A stretch of 64,000 nt of DNA from Thermoplasmata archaeon (GTDB taxonomy: Archaea > Thermoplasmatota > Thermoplasmata > Thermoplasmatales > GCA-001856825): assembly GCA_021816725.1 (NCBI GenBank), contig JAKAXD010000005.1:4889-68888 (forward strand), in the 5' to 3' direction. The notes under the pieces are model-generated. The model ran no database searches, was not told the origin of the DNA, and saw only the letters and a list, made by a program, of their open reading frames with translations. Below, in pieces: positions 1 through 12,491 of the stretch (the stretch's first letter is position 1; each line of letters starts with the position of its first letter). Both the position numbers and the translations under genes were made by a program.

Positions 1-141
1 TCTACAGGGATCTCCCCAAAAATTGCAGGAAAGTTCCTGAATCAGGTGACAATCAACGGTAAAATTCCAGAACCACTGAGAATGGCAGACCTCATAGCTG
101 GGGCAATACAGTTCACACAGAGTCCAGTCTTGCGAGCCTAA
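1..141 (+). CDS. 3' end of an unidentified CDS entering from upstream of the window
   Basis: Frame 1 is open from base 1 to TAA at 139-141 (46 codons, ...STGISPKIAGKFLNQVTINGKIPEPLRMADLIAGAIQFTQSPVLRA). It is absent from the ORF track because its start is off-window. It converges on the KH gene and overlaps it by 29 nt. Product not recognisable. Confidence 0.3.
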   Translation, partial: STGISPKIAGKFLNQVTINGKIPEPLRMADLIAGAIQFTQSPVLRA

Positions 142-664
142 TGTCCTTCCTTCTCCTCTCGAGGTACTTGTAAACAGTACTGTGCTGGTTTCCTCTGAGT
201 ATCATCATAATGCTTTCCCTGGAAATCTGGTTCTGTACGTAGTCTCCTATTAATGAGGCAGTATTTCCGTATATTGATACATAAGATTCCGAGAGCTCTT
301 CTATAAGACGCCTTGTCTTTCCACCTGTGCCGATGAGTCTTGCCTTTACTGTTTTAGCACGTTTAGAGTTCTTTCCCGTAAAATCCTTCAAATCTATGAC
401 TTCAAGATATGTACCCGTGTCGAAAAGTCTGAATGCCCTCTGAGGGGAAAATCCTCGCCCGATTGCTCTTATAACATCTCTCGTCTTAAGTGACATCTCT
501 GGATCAGTAGATTTGCTATCATCAATGACTACATCTCCCGTTGATGAATCTATGGTCAGGGTCATATGCGATATCTTTTCGATCTCTCCTCTAGTCTCGC
601 CGTTCTTACCAACCAAAACACCAATTCTTTCCTGAGGAATCCTAACTGAATACGTCTGAACCAC
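113..664 (-). CDS. KH-domain RNA-binding protein (archaeal Dim2/Pno1-like)
   Basis: N-terminal IPQERIGVLVGKNGETRGEIE carries a KH GxxG motif, and there is a second KH-like half (LIGTGGKTRRLIEE). It is the last gene of the conserved archaeal aIF1A-Rio1-KH trio and overlaps rio1 by 23 nt. Confidence 0.75.
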   Translation of the reverse strand: MVQTYSVRIPQERIGVLVGKNGETRGEIEKISHMTLTIDSSTGDVVIDDSKSTDPEMSLKTRDVIRAIGRGFSPQRAFRLFDTGTYLEVIDLKDFTGKNSKRAKTVKARLIGTGGKTRRLIEELSESYVSIYGNTASLIGDYVQNQISRESIMMILRGNQHSTVYKYLERRRKDIRLARLDSV

Positions 665-1391
665 CTGTCGTATATTTTAGTACCTTGGCCTCATCCAGCT
701 TATAGCCAAATTTGTTAAAAAATCTTGTCATTATCCCTATGTCCCTCTGAAGGAGCACGGTCGACATAACGTCATCAGTCTGTATTGCCTGGGCTATGTC
801 TATCATATAGGGTTTCCTTCTGTATATCAGGAAGTTATATTCGCTCAAGTCTCCATGAACCAGTCCTGCCTTGATGTAAAGAGTCCTCATTTCACCTAGC
901 GTTTGTTCAACTATCTCTTTCGTGATGTTGCAGTCCTTCATGAGTGGGGCAGGGACTCTCTTCGTCCCTATGTATTGCATAACAAGTATATTCCCAACAA
1001 CCTTGATGGGGCGTGGAGAAAGTACTCCAGCATCTGACGCCAGATTAAGGTTCCTGAACTCCCTGTGCGCCCATTGCACAATAAATTTCCTCTTGTTGCC
1101 CGTGTTTTCAACTCCCCATCTCTGGCCAGCGTACCTCTCTATGTTCTTGAACGTGGAAGCAACGGTCTTGTAGATCTTCACCGCATAGAATTTGTCTTTC
1201 TTAGACGCTGCGAATACTAGGCTTTCCTTCCCAGATGCAATCGGGAACTCAAACTTCCCAATTGTTCCGCTGGTGAAAAGTTTGTAAATATTTAGTATCG
1301 TGAATTTATCAAATACGTAACCAAAGACCTTCTGTGTTTCTTTCAGTCTTTCCTCTATCTTCTCTTTTCTTTCTTCGTCACTTGAAAACAT
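642..1391 (-). CDS. rio1: RIO-type serine/threonine protein kinase, Rio1-type
   Basis: LVHGDLSEYNFLI catalytic loop and a downstream IDIAQA metal-binding-like motif. About 250 aa with no N-terminal wHTH, so Rio1 rather than Rio2. Flanked by aIF1A and the KH protein. Confidence 0.8.
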   Translation of the reverse strand: MFSSDEERKEKIEERLKETQKVFGYVFDKFTILNIYKLFTSGTIGKFEFPIASGKESLVFAASKKDKFYAVKIYKTVASTFKNIERYAGQRWGVENTGNKRKFIVQWAHREFRNLNLASDAGVLSPRPIKVVGNILVMQYIGTKRVPAPLMKDCNITKEIVEQTLGEMRTLYIKAGLVHGDLSEYNFLIYRRKPYMIDIAQAIQTDDVMSTVLLQRDIGIMTRFFNKFGYKLDEAKVLKYTTGGSDVFS

Positions 1392-1704
1392 CCAAGATCT
1401 CCGGTAGAATCTGGTTCCTTGAAAGATAGGTTGCCTGTGTCTTCGTGTACCTGAAATTTACGTCTGCTCGCTCATCCTGGAAACTCCACGGTTTTACTAT
1501 TACCAGATCCCCTTCCCTCATCCACATTCTCTTCCTTATTTTTCCCGGTATCCTTCCCGTTCTAGTTTTTCCGTCAGCACACATCACAGTAAGTCTCGAG
1601 CTTCCTAGGAGTTTTTCAACTATACCGAACATCTCGCCTTTGTTAGGATTCGGGAGAATTACTCTCGAGATTTCCTCTGTGTAGTCTTTTTCTGCGTCAC
1701 TCAC
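1378..1704 (-). CDS. eif1A: translation initiation factor aIF-1A
   Basis: 108 aa OB-fold protein with GRIPGKIRKRMWMREGDLVIVKPW, typical of eIF1A/aIF1A. GTG start at 1704. Confidence 0.9.
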   Translation of the reverse strand: MSDAEKDYTEEISRVILPNPNKGEMFGIVEKLLGSSRLTVMCADGKTRTGRIPGKIRKRMWMREGDLVIVKPWSFQDERADVNFRYTKTQATYLSRNQILPEILDVFK

Positions 1705-1723
1705 TTCTCATGTTATCATTAGA

Positions 1724-1733
1724 TTTTATAAAT
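1724..1733 (-). promoter_or_regulatory. TATA-box-like element for the aIF1A-rio1-KH operon
   Basis: Minus strand reads ATTTATAAAA about 20-29 nt upstream of the GTG start at 1704. The spacing fits a leaderless or short-leader archaeal mRNA. Confidence 0.4.
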
Positions 1734-1879
1734 AACTTGTTAATTTTCTTTCCATATAATGGTGAATATTGAAAACTGCTCATAAAATAGGCCGGTGATT
1801 AGCTGCAGCTTCGACGCAAGTTAGAACGAGTATCCCGTCTATAGCAGGTGAAGGAAATCACCGAATAAGTAACGTTTTG

Positions 1880-1888
1880 TTAAAATAT
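1880..1888 (+). promoter_or_regulatory. TATA-box-like element for elp3
   Basis: TTAAAATAT lies 24-32 nt upstream of ATG 1912 with no SD in between, consistent with a leaderless transcript. Confidence 0.4.
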
Positions 1889-1911
1889 GAAATACTGTTA
1901 CTCTGTAATGC

Positions 1912-3462
1912 ATGGCTACCCAGCTGGAAGAATACATCCGTAATTCAATGGTGAACGTCAACACTAAAGAAGATTTGGAAAAGATGAGGTTGACGGTATC
2001 CAAGAAGTTCAGGCTAGCGAAGGTGCTTAGCAATACGGACATCCTCATAATGCTCGGGAATAATGAAAAGGAAAGATATTCGGAACTTCTAGCAAGGAAG
2101 CCCACCAGGACATTGTCCGGTGTTTCAGTCATAGCTGTTATGACATCCCCCTTTTCCTGTCCACACGGGAGATGTACATATTGCCCAGGCGGCGTAGATT
2201 TTTCTTCGCCACAATCATATACTGGATTTGAGCCTGCTGCAATGAGGGGAAAACAGAACAATTACAACTCCTACCTTCAGACAAAGAACAGGCTGGAACA
2301 GTTGAAAAGAATTGGCCATCCGACAGACAAGATTGACTTGATAGTGATGGGCGGGACGTTCACCGCCAGGGAGGAGCGGTATCAGCGCGAATTCATAAAG
2401 GGCAGTCTTGACGCGATGAACGGATTTGTTTCCGACAGTCTCAGTACGTCAATTCTTGAAAACGAGTACGCGGAAAACAGGTGCATAGGACTAACAGTCG
2501 AAACCAGGCCTGACTGGTTCTTTGAGAGAGAGATGGACCTAGCGCTAGAATATGGTGCAACAAAGGTGGAGCTCGGTGTACAGACAGTTTTCAACGACAT
2601 CCATCGTCAGACTAAGAGAGCCCACAGAATATACGATGTAATCAGGTCCACCAGATATGCAAAGGATTCTGCGTTCAAGATCCTCTACCATCTTATGCCT
2701 GGGATAGGCGGGGTAGATAGCGAAGGGGACATAAAGTCTCTGACACGGCTCTTTGACGACGATAGATTAAGGCCAGACATGCTCAAGATATATCCGTCCC
2801 TTGTTGTTGAAGGGACCCAGTACTATGAATCGTTCAGGAGGGGGGAATACAGGTCATATGAAAGCGAGGAGGCAGTTGAAGTTGTTTCAGAATATTTCAG
2901 GCACATACCGAATTATGTCAGGATACACAGGATACAAAGGGACATTCCAGTATACAAGATAGTTCAGGGGGTAAAGAGGAGCGATCTCCATGACCTTGCA
3001 CTCAATAGAGCACTAGAGAAGGGTTATGAAATAAAGGAAATCAGGTACAGGGAGATAGGGCACACCAGCAAGGCAGTTGGTAAGGTGGAAATGCGGATTA
3101 CAAATTATTTTGCATCAGGTGGACTTGAAAAATTCTTGGAGTTCGTGGATGAGAGGGATAAGATCATCGCTTTCCTGAGGCTGAGGGCCCCCGGGGAGAA
3201 TGTGGAAAGACCGGAGCTTATCGGAAAGACGCTAATAAGGGAAATTAAGACTTTTGGCAAGGAAGCTAGGATAGACGAGAAGGGGGAGTATCAGCATAGG
3301 GGATACGGCAGGAGGCTGCTGAATGAGGCTGAAGAAATAACAAGGGAACTAGGTTATGATGGGATTGCTGTCATATCCGGGATTGGTGTTAGGGAATACT
3401 TCAGGAAGAACGGATACGAGCGGATGGGTCCATACATGTCCAAACGGACGGAACTGATTTAA
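1912..3462 (+). CDS. elp3: Elp3-type radical SAM / GNAT tRNA uridine(34) modification enzyme
   Basis: Radical-SAM cysteine cluster CPHGRCTYCPGG and a C-terminal GNAT motif QHRGYGRRLLNEAE. 516 aa, the size of archaeal Elp3. Confidence 0.9.
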   Translation: MATQLEEYIRNSMVNVNTKEDLEKMRLTVSKKFRLAKVLSNTDILIMLGNNEKERYSELLARKPTRTLSGVSVIAVMTSPFSCPHGRCTYCPGGVDFSSPQSYTGFEPAAMRGKQNNYNSYLQTKNRLEQLKRIGHPTDKIDLIVMGGTFTAREERYQREFIKGSLDAMNGFVSDSLSTSILENEYAENRCIGLTVETRPDWFFEREMDLALEYGATKVELGVQTVFNDIHRQTKRAHRIYDVIRSTRYAKDSAFKILYHLMPGIGGVDSEGDIKSLTRLFDDDRLRPDMLKIYPSLVVEGTQYYESFRRGEYRSYESEEAVEVVSEYFRHIPNYVRIHRIQRDIPVYKIVQGVKRSDLHDLALNRALEKGYEIKEIRYREIGHTSKAVGKVEMRITNYFASGGLEKFLEFVDERDKIIAFLRLRAPGENVERPELIGKTLIREIKTFGKEARIDEKGEYQHRGYGRRLLNEAEEITRELGYDGIAVISGIGVREYFRKNGYERMGPYMSKRTELI

Positions 3463-3483
3463 GCAACTTCAAATTGTACGTTT

Positions 3484-3738
3484 ATGTCTGACCTGTTATT
3501 GCTATCAATCATAATTCTACTGCTCTCTCTCCTGTTCCTTGCTCTATCGATATCAATGATCCTTAAGAAATACACACTGCGTGGGACTGTCATATCAGTG
3601 TTCTTCCTCATCTTATCGGTGAAATACCTGATATTCATCTACTTTGAATTTGTTGGAATCCAGGTAAATATGGTTCTTTTCCTTGGGGCGGACATACTTA
3701 TGATATTCTCTCTTCTGGCTCTGATGGTCTCAAGGTGA
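3484..3738 (+). CDS. small integral membrane protein (about 3 TM helices), unknown function
   Basis: 84 aa, almost entirely hydrophobic (LLLLSIIILLLSLLFLALSI..., VISVFFLILSV..., LGADILMIFSLLALMV). Stop is 4 nt before the next gene, whose start has its own GGTGA SD. Confidence 0.4.
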   Translation: MSDLLLLSIIILLLSLLFLALSISMILKKYTLRGTVISVFFLILSVKYLIFIYFEFVGIQVNMVLFLGADILMIFSLLALMVSR

Positions 3739-3742
3739 CCTG

Positions 3743-4249
3743 TTGAGTTCTCCCACCCGTAAGGACCAGGTCCTGGATTTCGTGAAGAAAAATCCAGGTT
3801 ATCACTTCAGGGGGATACAGAGGTCCCTAAAGCTGTCTACGGGTGTGCTCCAGTATCATCTCGGCGTCCTTATGAAAGAGGGTGAAATCATTGCAAGGGA
3901 AATAAATGGAACCAGCTGCTATTTCCCAAGCAAGTCATTCAGTGAAGATCAGTTCAAGATCATGAGCCATCTCAGAAACAGGGTCAGGAACAGGATTTTG
4001 AGGGCTCTCCTAGACGGAAATCCACGCCAGCCAGCTGAATTGAAGAAGGGGCTTTCCGTAAGTTCGCCAACCTTGAGTTATCATCTCTCGCTGATGACAG
4101 AGGACGGCGTACTGGAAAAGGTGCTTAGCGAAAAGGGCATCTCATACAAGATCAGGGACTTAAACCTGTTCAAGGGACTGATACTGGATTACAAGGAGTC
4201 TTTTGCAGACAAATTGATACAAGATTTCGTAGAATTATGGACAAGATGA
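3743..4249 (+). CDS. ArsR-like transcriptional regulator with two winged-helix-turn-helix domains
   Basis: Two repeats of an HTH pattern (GIQRSLKLSTGVLQYHLGVLMKEGEI and ELKKGLSVSSPTLSYHLSLMTEDGVL). TTG start preceded by GGTGA (3734-3738). Confidence 0.55.
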   Translation: MSSPTRKDQVLDFVKKNPGYHFRGIQRSLKLSTGVLQYHLGVLMKEGEIIAREINGTSCYFPSKSFSEDQFKIMSHLRNRVRNRILRALLDGNPRQPAELKKGLSVSSPTLSYHLSLMTEDGVLEKVLSEKGISYKIRDLNLFKGLILDYKESFADKLIQDFVELWTR

Positions 4250-5107
4250 TTATTTTCTCCTATAGTAGATGAAGAGTCCTAAAATGATCATCAGGAATAT
4301 TGCCACGCCTACTCCTATTGATATCGAGTCTGATTGAATATTATGCATCAGCGGACTCTGGAAGCCGGGACTGACCTGGAAATAGCTCATTACATCGCCA
4401 TCTATTTGCTGGCTGGATGTCAGTATCTGGTTAAAAACTACGTTGAAACTTCCATCCGTGATAGGGAATGAGAAGCTCAAGAGCGTCCTTCCATCGCCTG
4501 CAGTGTTATTTATGAAGAGGGAAACATTTCTCAACATACTCCCGACATAGACCAGACCAGGTGAATGGAGTACGTATGAAGAACCTGCGTAATCCATTGT
4601 CACATTGTAAATTCCTGACATATGCGTTTCTTCTGTCCCATTGACAGTCGAGCCGTGCAACATTACGCTTCCTACAGGAACAACTTCAACAATTGTTAAC
4701 CATGAATAGGACGAATTCCCACTAATAGTCATACTGTCCAGGTAAGATTGCTGTGGTGGGGCAATTAGTCTTATAGTGCCATTTGCAGATGGGAAATATC
4801 CCGTCATCTGGTTCTTAGAAAGGTGGATTAAATCGTTGAATGAGAGGGTGTCGTTTATCGGTGAAACTAAGTTATTTGCAAACGAAATGTTGAGCGAACT
4901 GGCTGTGCGTTCTACAACCGATTTACCCTGATGAATCTGGAACTGTTCGGTTAATCCAAACTGGCTGTTACCCATCTGAACGTACTCCACGCTTATCATG
5001 GGTACCTTCTCCACTGGCATCCCTGCTCCATGTGCAACCGTGGGGGTAAATACGATTATGGCTGCAATCACGATCAGCAAGGACAGAGTCGCTAACAGAT
5101 GTTTCAA
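4250..5107 (-). CDS. secreted, C-terminally membrane-anchored protein, probably N-glycosylated; unknown function
   Basis: N-terminal signal-like segment MKHLLATLSLLIVIAAIIVFTPTVAHG and a C-terminal TM plus basic tail (IGVGVAIFLMIILGLFIYYRRK). I count 8 N-x-S/T sequons. Confidence 0.5.
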   Translation of the reverse strand: MKHLLATLSLLIVIAAIIVFTPTVAHGAGMPVEKVPMISVEYVQMGNSQFGLTEQFQIHQGKSVVERTASSLNISFANNLVSPINDTLSFNDLIHLSKNQMTGYFPSANGTIRLIAPPQQSYLDSMTISGNSSYSWLTIVEVVPVGSVMLHGSTVNGTEETHMSGIYNVTMDYAGSSYVLHSPGLVYVGSMLRNVSLFINNTAGDGRTLLSFSFPITDGSFNVVFNQILTSSQQIDGDVMSYFQVSPGFQSPLMHNIQSDSISIGVGVAIFLMIILGLFIYYRRK

Positions 5108-5160
5108 CGCTCATTGATTGAAATGTCATTATAAAATTATCTGGTACGAATTTCTAACTG

Positions 5161-6957
5161 CTAAATTATGGAGTAGCTTATCTTCTGTCCTTGGGAAATA
5201 GCCTTTCGTAAAGCTCTCCCCTGGACAGATTTTGTCTTAACCTGGATTAATCCGTTCTTTGATACCCTTGCAATGAATAGGGGGGAGTCGTCTACCAACA
5301 CTTCAACTTCCTTATCCTTTAGCTCTGTTCCGACATGAAGATTGATCTTGTTCTCCGTGACTTCAGCTCCAAGGCTCTCCTTCGTTTTGAAGTTCATCTC
5401 CTCAATATCTATTGCCATCCCAATATCCTGCTCCAGTGCCTTGACTCTTCCCCCACCCTTGCCGATAACCTCACCCATGTATTGTTCTGGCACATAGAGC
5501 TTGAGTCTGCCGGAATCGTCAACATCTATTTTGTGAGGAACATTGTACAGTTCATTCTCTATGTGATTTACAACCGCCTTTATGTCCCTCTTCTGCTTCT
5601 TTTTAACAGGTACTACAACAACCTGTTCACCAAAGGTGTATATTTCATAAAGGACCAGACCAGTGAAGAAATCCTTGATCTCAATAACGGGTCTTGCAAG
5701 GTCCTCCTCACTCATTCCAGAGGGTATTTTCACTGAGTAGCTCAGGTCAAGAACGTCCTTGATTTCTCCATTTTCGATATATATGATCGTGTCTATAATC
5801 TGGGGAATCAGGCCGAGCTCTATCTTTCCCACGAATCTCTGCATCGCGTCTATTGCTCGCGAGGCGTGTATGACTCCCAGCATCCCGACGCCAGCTAACC
5901 TGAGGTCAGAATATGTAGCAAAATCACCAGATACCCTGATCTCATCAAAAACTGTGTAGTCTGGTCTCTCCAGAAGCAGAATGTCCCCGGTCCTTTCAAT
6001 AGAGCCTTCAAGCGGAGTCAGCTGGGTTATCTCCTGAGAGACCTGAAGATCCCTCGGTTTCTCTATAGTCTTTACAATCTTCCCCTGCGAATTATAGTAT
6101 TCAGCAAGGGCCTGAACGAAGGTGCTCTTCCCAGCCCCAGGTTTGCCAGATACCAAAATTCCTTCAGCCCTCTCCTTGAACCTCGTCATGAGCGACTCAC
6201 CAACTTTGTAATCATCGAGGCTCAGTTTCCTGATTGGTCTAACAGCAGTAATCTCGATTCCATCACTTACCGGAGGTCTTGTAATTATAATCCTTATGTT
6301 CCTTAACTGGACGACAGTAGCTCCCCTCACATCCATATCGATCAGGCTCCTGCTGTCATTTCTTGCCCGCTCTACTATATCGTTGGCAATTGTGTTCAGC
6401 TCATCCCTATCCAATGTTGCACTACCGTATTCCAGTTTCCATTTTCCTGGTCCACCGACCTTCATCCTAGGCCTGGTCCCCTCCTTGAGGTGAACGGACA
6501 TAGTGTCGTCCGTAAAGAAGGTCTCAATCTTCTTGGAGAATACCTGGATCGGTTCCAGGTAAAGGACCCTTATACCCTTAACCTCTGCGACAGATTTCTG
6601 GATGAAGTCGCCTGTGACGAGTATTGAATTAGTTTCAAGGGCAGACTGCCTTATAAGATCGTCAATTTCACCGCTCTTTGCCCTCTTTATCTGCCACTCT
6701 GCAGGTCTCCTTCCCGTGAATGCCAGAGTTATTTTCCCTTCATCACACAATTTCCTGAGCTTCTTCAACTCCTCGAGTCCAGTGAATCCTATGCTCTTCC
6801 CCTCGTTAGCCTGGTGTTCAATCTCAGAGATTAGGGATTCAGGAATTATGACGTCTGCAGGTGTTCTATCGTTCAAGAATTCGCAGAATCTTCCGTCCAC
6901 TATTACTGATGTATCAGGTATGTATGTTTCCTGTTTTTTGTTTTCCATCTTGGTCAT
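5161..6957 (-). CDS. PIN domain + PilT-like ATPase + KH domain protein (COG1855-type)
   Basis: N-terminal PIN-like IPDTSVIVDG, Walker A GKPGAGKST, and a C-terminal KH GxxG (VIGKGGGRVKALE). This three-domain architecture matches the widespread archaeal PIN/PilT-ATPase/KH family. Confidence 0.8.
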   Translation of the reverse strand: MTKMENKKQETYIPDTSVIVDGRFCEFLNDRTPADVIIPESLISEIEHQANEGKSIGFTGLEELKKLRKLCDEGKITLAFTGRRPAEWQIKRAKSGEIDDLIRQSALETNSILVTGDFIQKSVAEVKGIRVLYLEPIQVFSKKIETFFTDDTMSVHLKEGTRPRMKVGGPGKWKLEYGSATLDRDELNTIANDIVERARNDSRSLIDMDVRGATVVQLRNIRIIITRPPVSDGIEITAVRPIRKLSLDDYKVGESLMTRFKERAEGILVSGKPGAGKSTFVQALAEYYNSQGKIVKTIEKPRDLQVSQEITQLTPLEGSIERTGDILLLERPDYTVFDEIRVSGDFATYSDLRLAGVGMLGVIHASRAIDAMQRFVGKIELGLIPQIIDTIIYIENGEIKDVLDLSYSVKIPSGMSEEDLARPVIEIKDFFTGLVLYEIYTFGEQVVVVPVKKKQKRDIKAVVNHIENELYNVPHKIDVDDSGRLKLYVPEQYMGEVIGKGGGRVKALEQDIGMAIDIEEMNFKTKESLGAEVTENKINLHVGTELKDKEVEVLVDDSPLFIARVSKNGLIQVKTKSVQGRALRKAISQGQKISYSII

Positions 6958-7884
6958 TCACTCCCATTCAATGGTCGCAGGGGGTTTATCGGTGACATCG
7001 TAAACAACTCTGCTTATCTCAGGAATGCTGTTAGTGATTTCCCTTGAAATGTCAGAAAGGACGTCTAGGGGAATATGGGTGAAATTAGCGGTCATTCCGT
7101 CCGTTGAATTGACGCATCTAATTGCAACTGTCGAACCGTACACCCTCCTGTCTCCATGAACCCCGGTAGTCCTATCTGCAAGCAGTACGACGAAATACTG
7201 CCACGGCACTTCGTCCAATGCAGACACCCTTGACTCCAGGATTGCAGTGGCCCTCTTCAGAAGATCCACCTTTTCCTTCGTTACTTCCCCAATTATCCGT
7301 ACTGCGAGACCGGGACCGGGGAACGGCTGTCTCATCTTAGGTATACCATAATAATCGGCAACCTGCCTCACTTCATCTTTATAAAGATCCCTAAGGGGCT
7401 CCACTATTTTGAGATTGACTACCTTAGGAAGACCGCCAACGTTGTGGTGGCTCTTTATGGTGTCTCTCAGCCCTCCGCCTGATTCTATCCAGTCAGGTGC
7501 GATCGTCCCCTGCACAAGATACCTTGCATTGAATTCCTTTGCCTCTCTCTCGAATACATCTATGAACGTCTTGCCTATTATTTTCCGCTTGGATTCCGGG
7601 TCGGTGACGCCCTTCAACCTTTCCAGAAATAATGCCTCCTCCCGTGATATCTTGTGTTTCACCCCAAGCTTCGTCAGGGTATTCCTTACGTCCTTCTCCT
7701 CCCCAACTCTCATTAGGCCCGTGTCAACATATACAGCCAGGACTTCCGAACCAAGTGCGTCAGATGCTATCTTTGCCGCAACTGTGCTGTCTATCCCGCC
7801 AGACACAGCAATTATGGATCTTCCAACAACTTCCTTTTTTATATCTTCAATTGCCCTTAGTACAAACGATTCAGGAGCGAACAA
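6958..7884 (-). CDS. guaA: GMP synthase [glutamine-hydrolysing] subunit B (ATP pyrophosphatase)
   Basis: PP-loop SGGIDSTVAA and the characteristic C-terminus ...PPATIEWE. About 305 aa, as in archaeal split GuaA. Confidence 0.9.
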   Translation of the reverse strand: MFAPESFVLRAIEDIKKEVVGRSIIAVSGGIDSTVAAKIASDALGSEVLAVYVDTGLMRVGEEKDVRNTLTKLGVKHKISREEALFLERLKGVTDPESKRKIIGKTFIDVFEREAKEFNARYLVQGTIAPDWIESGGGLRDTIKSHHNVGGLPKVVNLKIVEPLRDLYKDEVRQVADYYGIPKMRQPFPGPGLAVRIIGEVTKEKVDLLKRATAILESRVSALDEVPWQYFVVLLADRTTGVHGDRRVYGSTVAIRCVNSTDGMTANFTHIPLDVLSDISREITNSIPEISRVVYDVTDKPPATIEWE

Positions 7885-7897
7885 TTCAGATCCTTTT

Positions 7898-8191
7898 TCA
7901 GGTCTTCAGAAGAACGGCCAGGAAGATCAGTAGTGCAATTACCGCTCCCACAATGGCTGACACAAGGTAGAGCACGCCGTTATATATCACGCTTGTCAGG
8001 CTGACGTTCAGGGCAGTCCTTGCAAAGTAAGTTATTAACCATACAACCACGCCCACGACCCCTAGAACAATCCCGAAAGTTCTCACTTTTCCAGATCCAA
8101 AGTAAGCAGCGAAGATGCCTAGTACAAGCAATGCGAGTCCCAGAATCAGGAGAAGCATCGCCACAAAAATCTCAGCGAATGATGAAATCAT
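7898..8191 (-). CDS. small membrane protein (3 TM), unknown function
   Basis: 97 aa hydrophobic ORF, co-directional and tightly spaced with its neighbours. No recognisable motif. Confidence 0.4.
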   Translation of the reverse strand: MISSFAEIFVAMLLLILGLALLVLGIFAAYFGSGKVRTFGIVLGVVGVVVWLITYFARTALNVSLTSVIYNGVLYLVSAIVGAVIALLIFLAVLLKT

Positions 8192-8199
8192 ATCATTAC

Positions 8200-8442
8200 C
8201 TACATCTTTATTCCAGTTAATGTCTTCGTGTCCAAAATACCTTCTATTACTCTGATTTTTTCCATGACTATCTGACCCAACTCTGTAAAATCTTTAGTTT
8301 CAAGCTTTGCAATCAAGTCATATTCCCCAAATAGCGGATGTAATTCCACTATCTCCTTTAACTTTAATAGCTCGTTGTATACCTGATGTTCCTTGCCTGG
8401 AACTGTACTGATCAAGACGAATCCAACAGCCAGATTTACCAC
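8200..8442 (-). CDS. stand-alone Lrp/AsnC ligand-binding (RAM) domain protein
   Basis: 80 aa. The pattern VGFVLISTVPGKEHQVYNELLKLKEIVELHPLFGEYDLIAKLE matches the AsnC-type effector domain, with no HTH. Confidence 0.6.
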   Translation of the reverse strand: MVNLAVGFVLISTVPGKEHQVYNELLKLKEIVELHPLFGEYDLIAKLETKDFTELGQIVMEKIRVIEGILDTKTLTGIKM

Positions 8443-8645
8443 CGCAGTTTAATTGACTGGTCTTATATATCCTTTTCGAGAAGATCAGTACGATAGCAAG
8501 TAAATTCTCTAAATTTTGGCCAATTTTGGCCTATAAATGGAATCAATTGACTGCTGCAGCTGTAAATTGAAATACAATATTGTGAACGAAATTTTAGCCA
8601 AATTTACCCAACAAAATATTTTAACTCATAATAACTATCCAAGTT

Positions 8646-12317
<3,672 letters not shown>

Positions 12318-12491
12318 AAGTAATTCGCTTTACCGAGTGCCTTGGGTTCCTTGGTTGGTAGTACTTTCCGATGATACCGACAACCCCATATAAGTTACCA
12401 GGAAATGATGGATTATGACGCTTGGATCTCAACTTTATTCGTTATAACGGGCGATTGTTGATACGAATTGCAGGATTAATATCAGGATACT

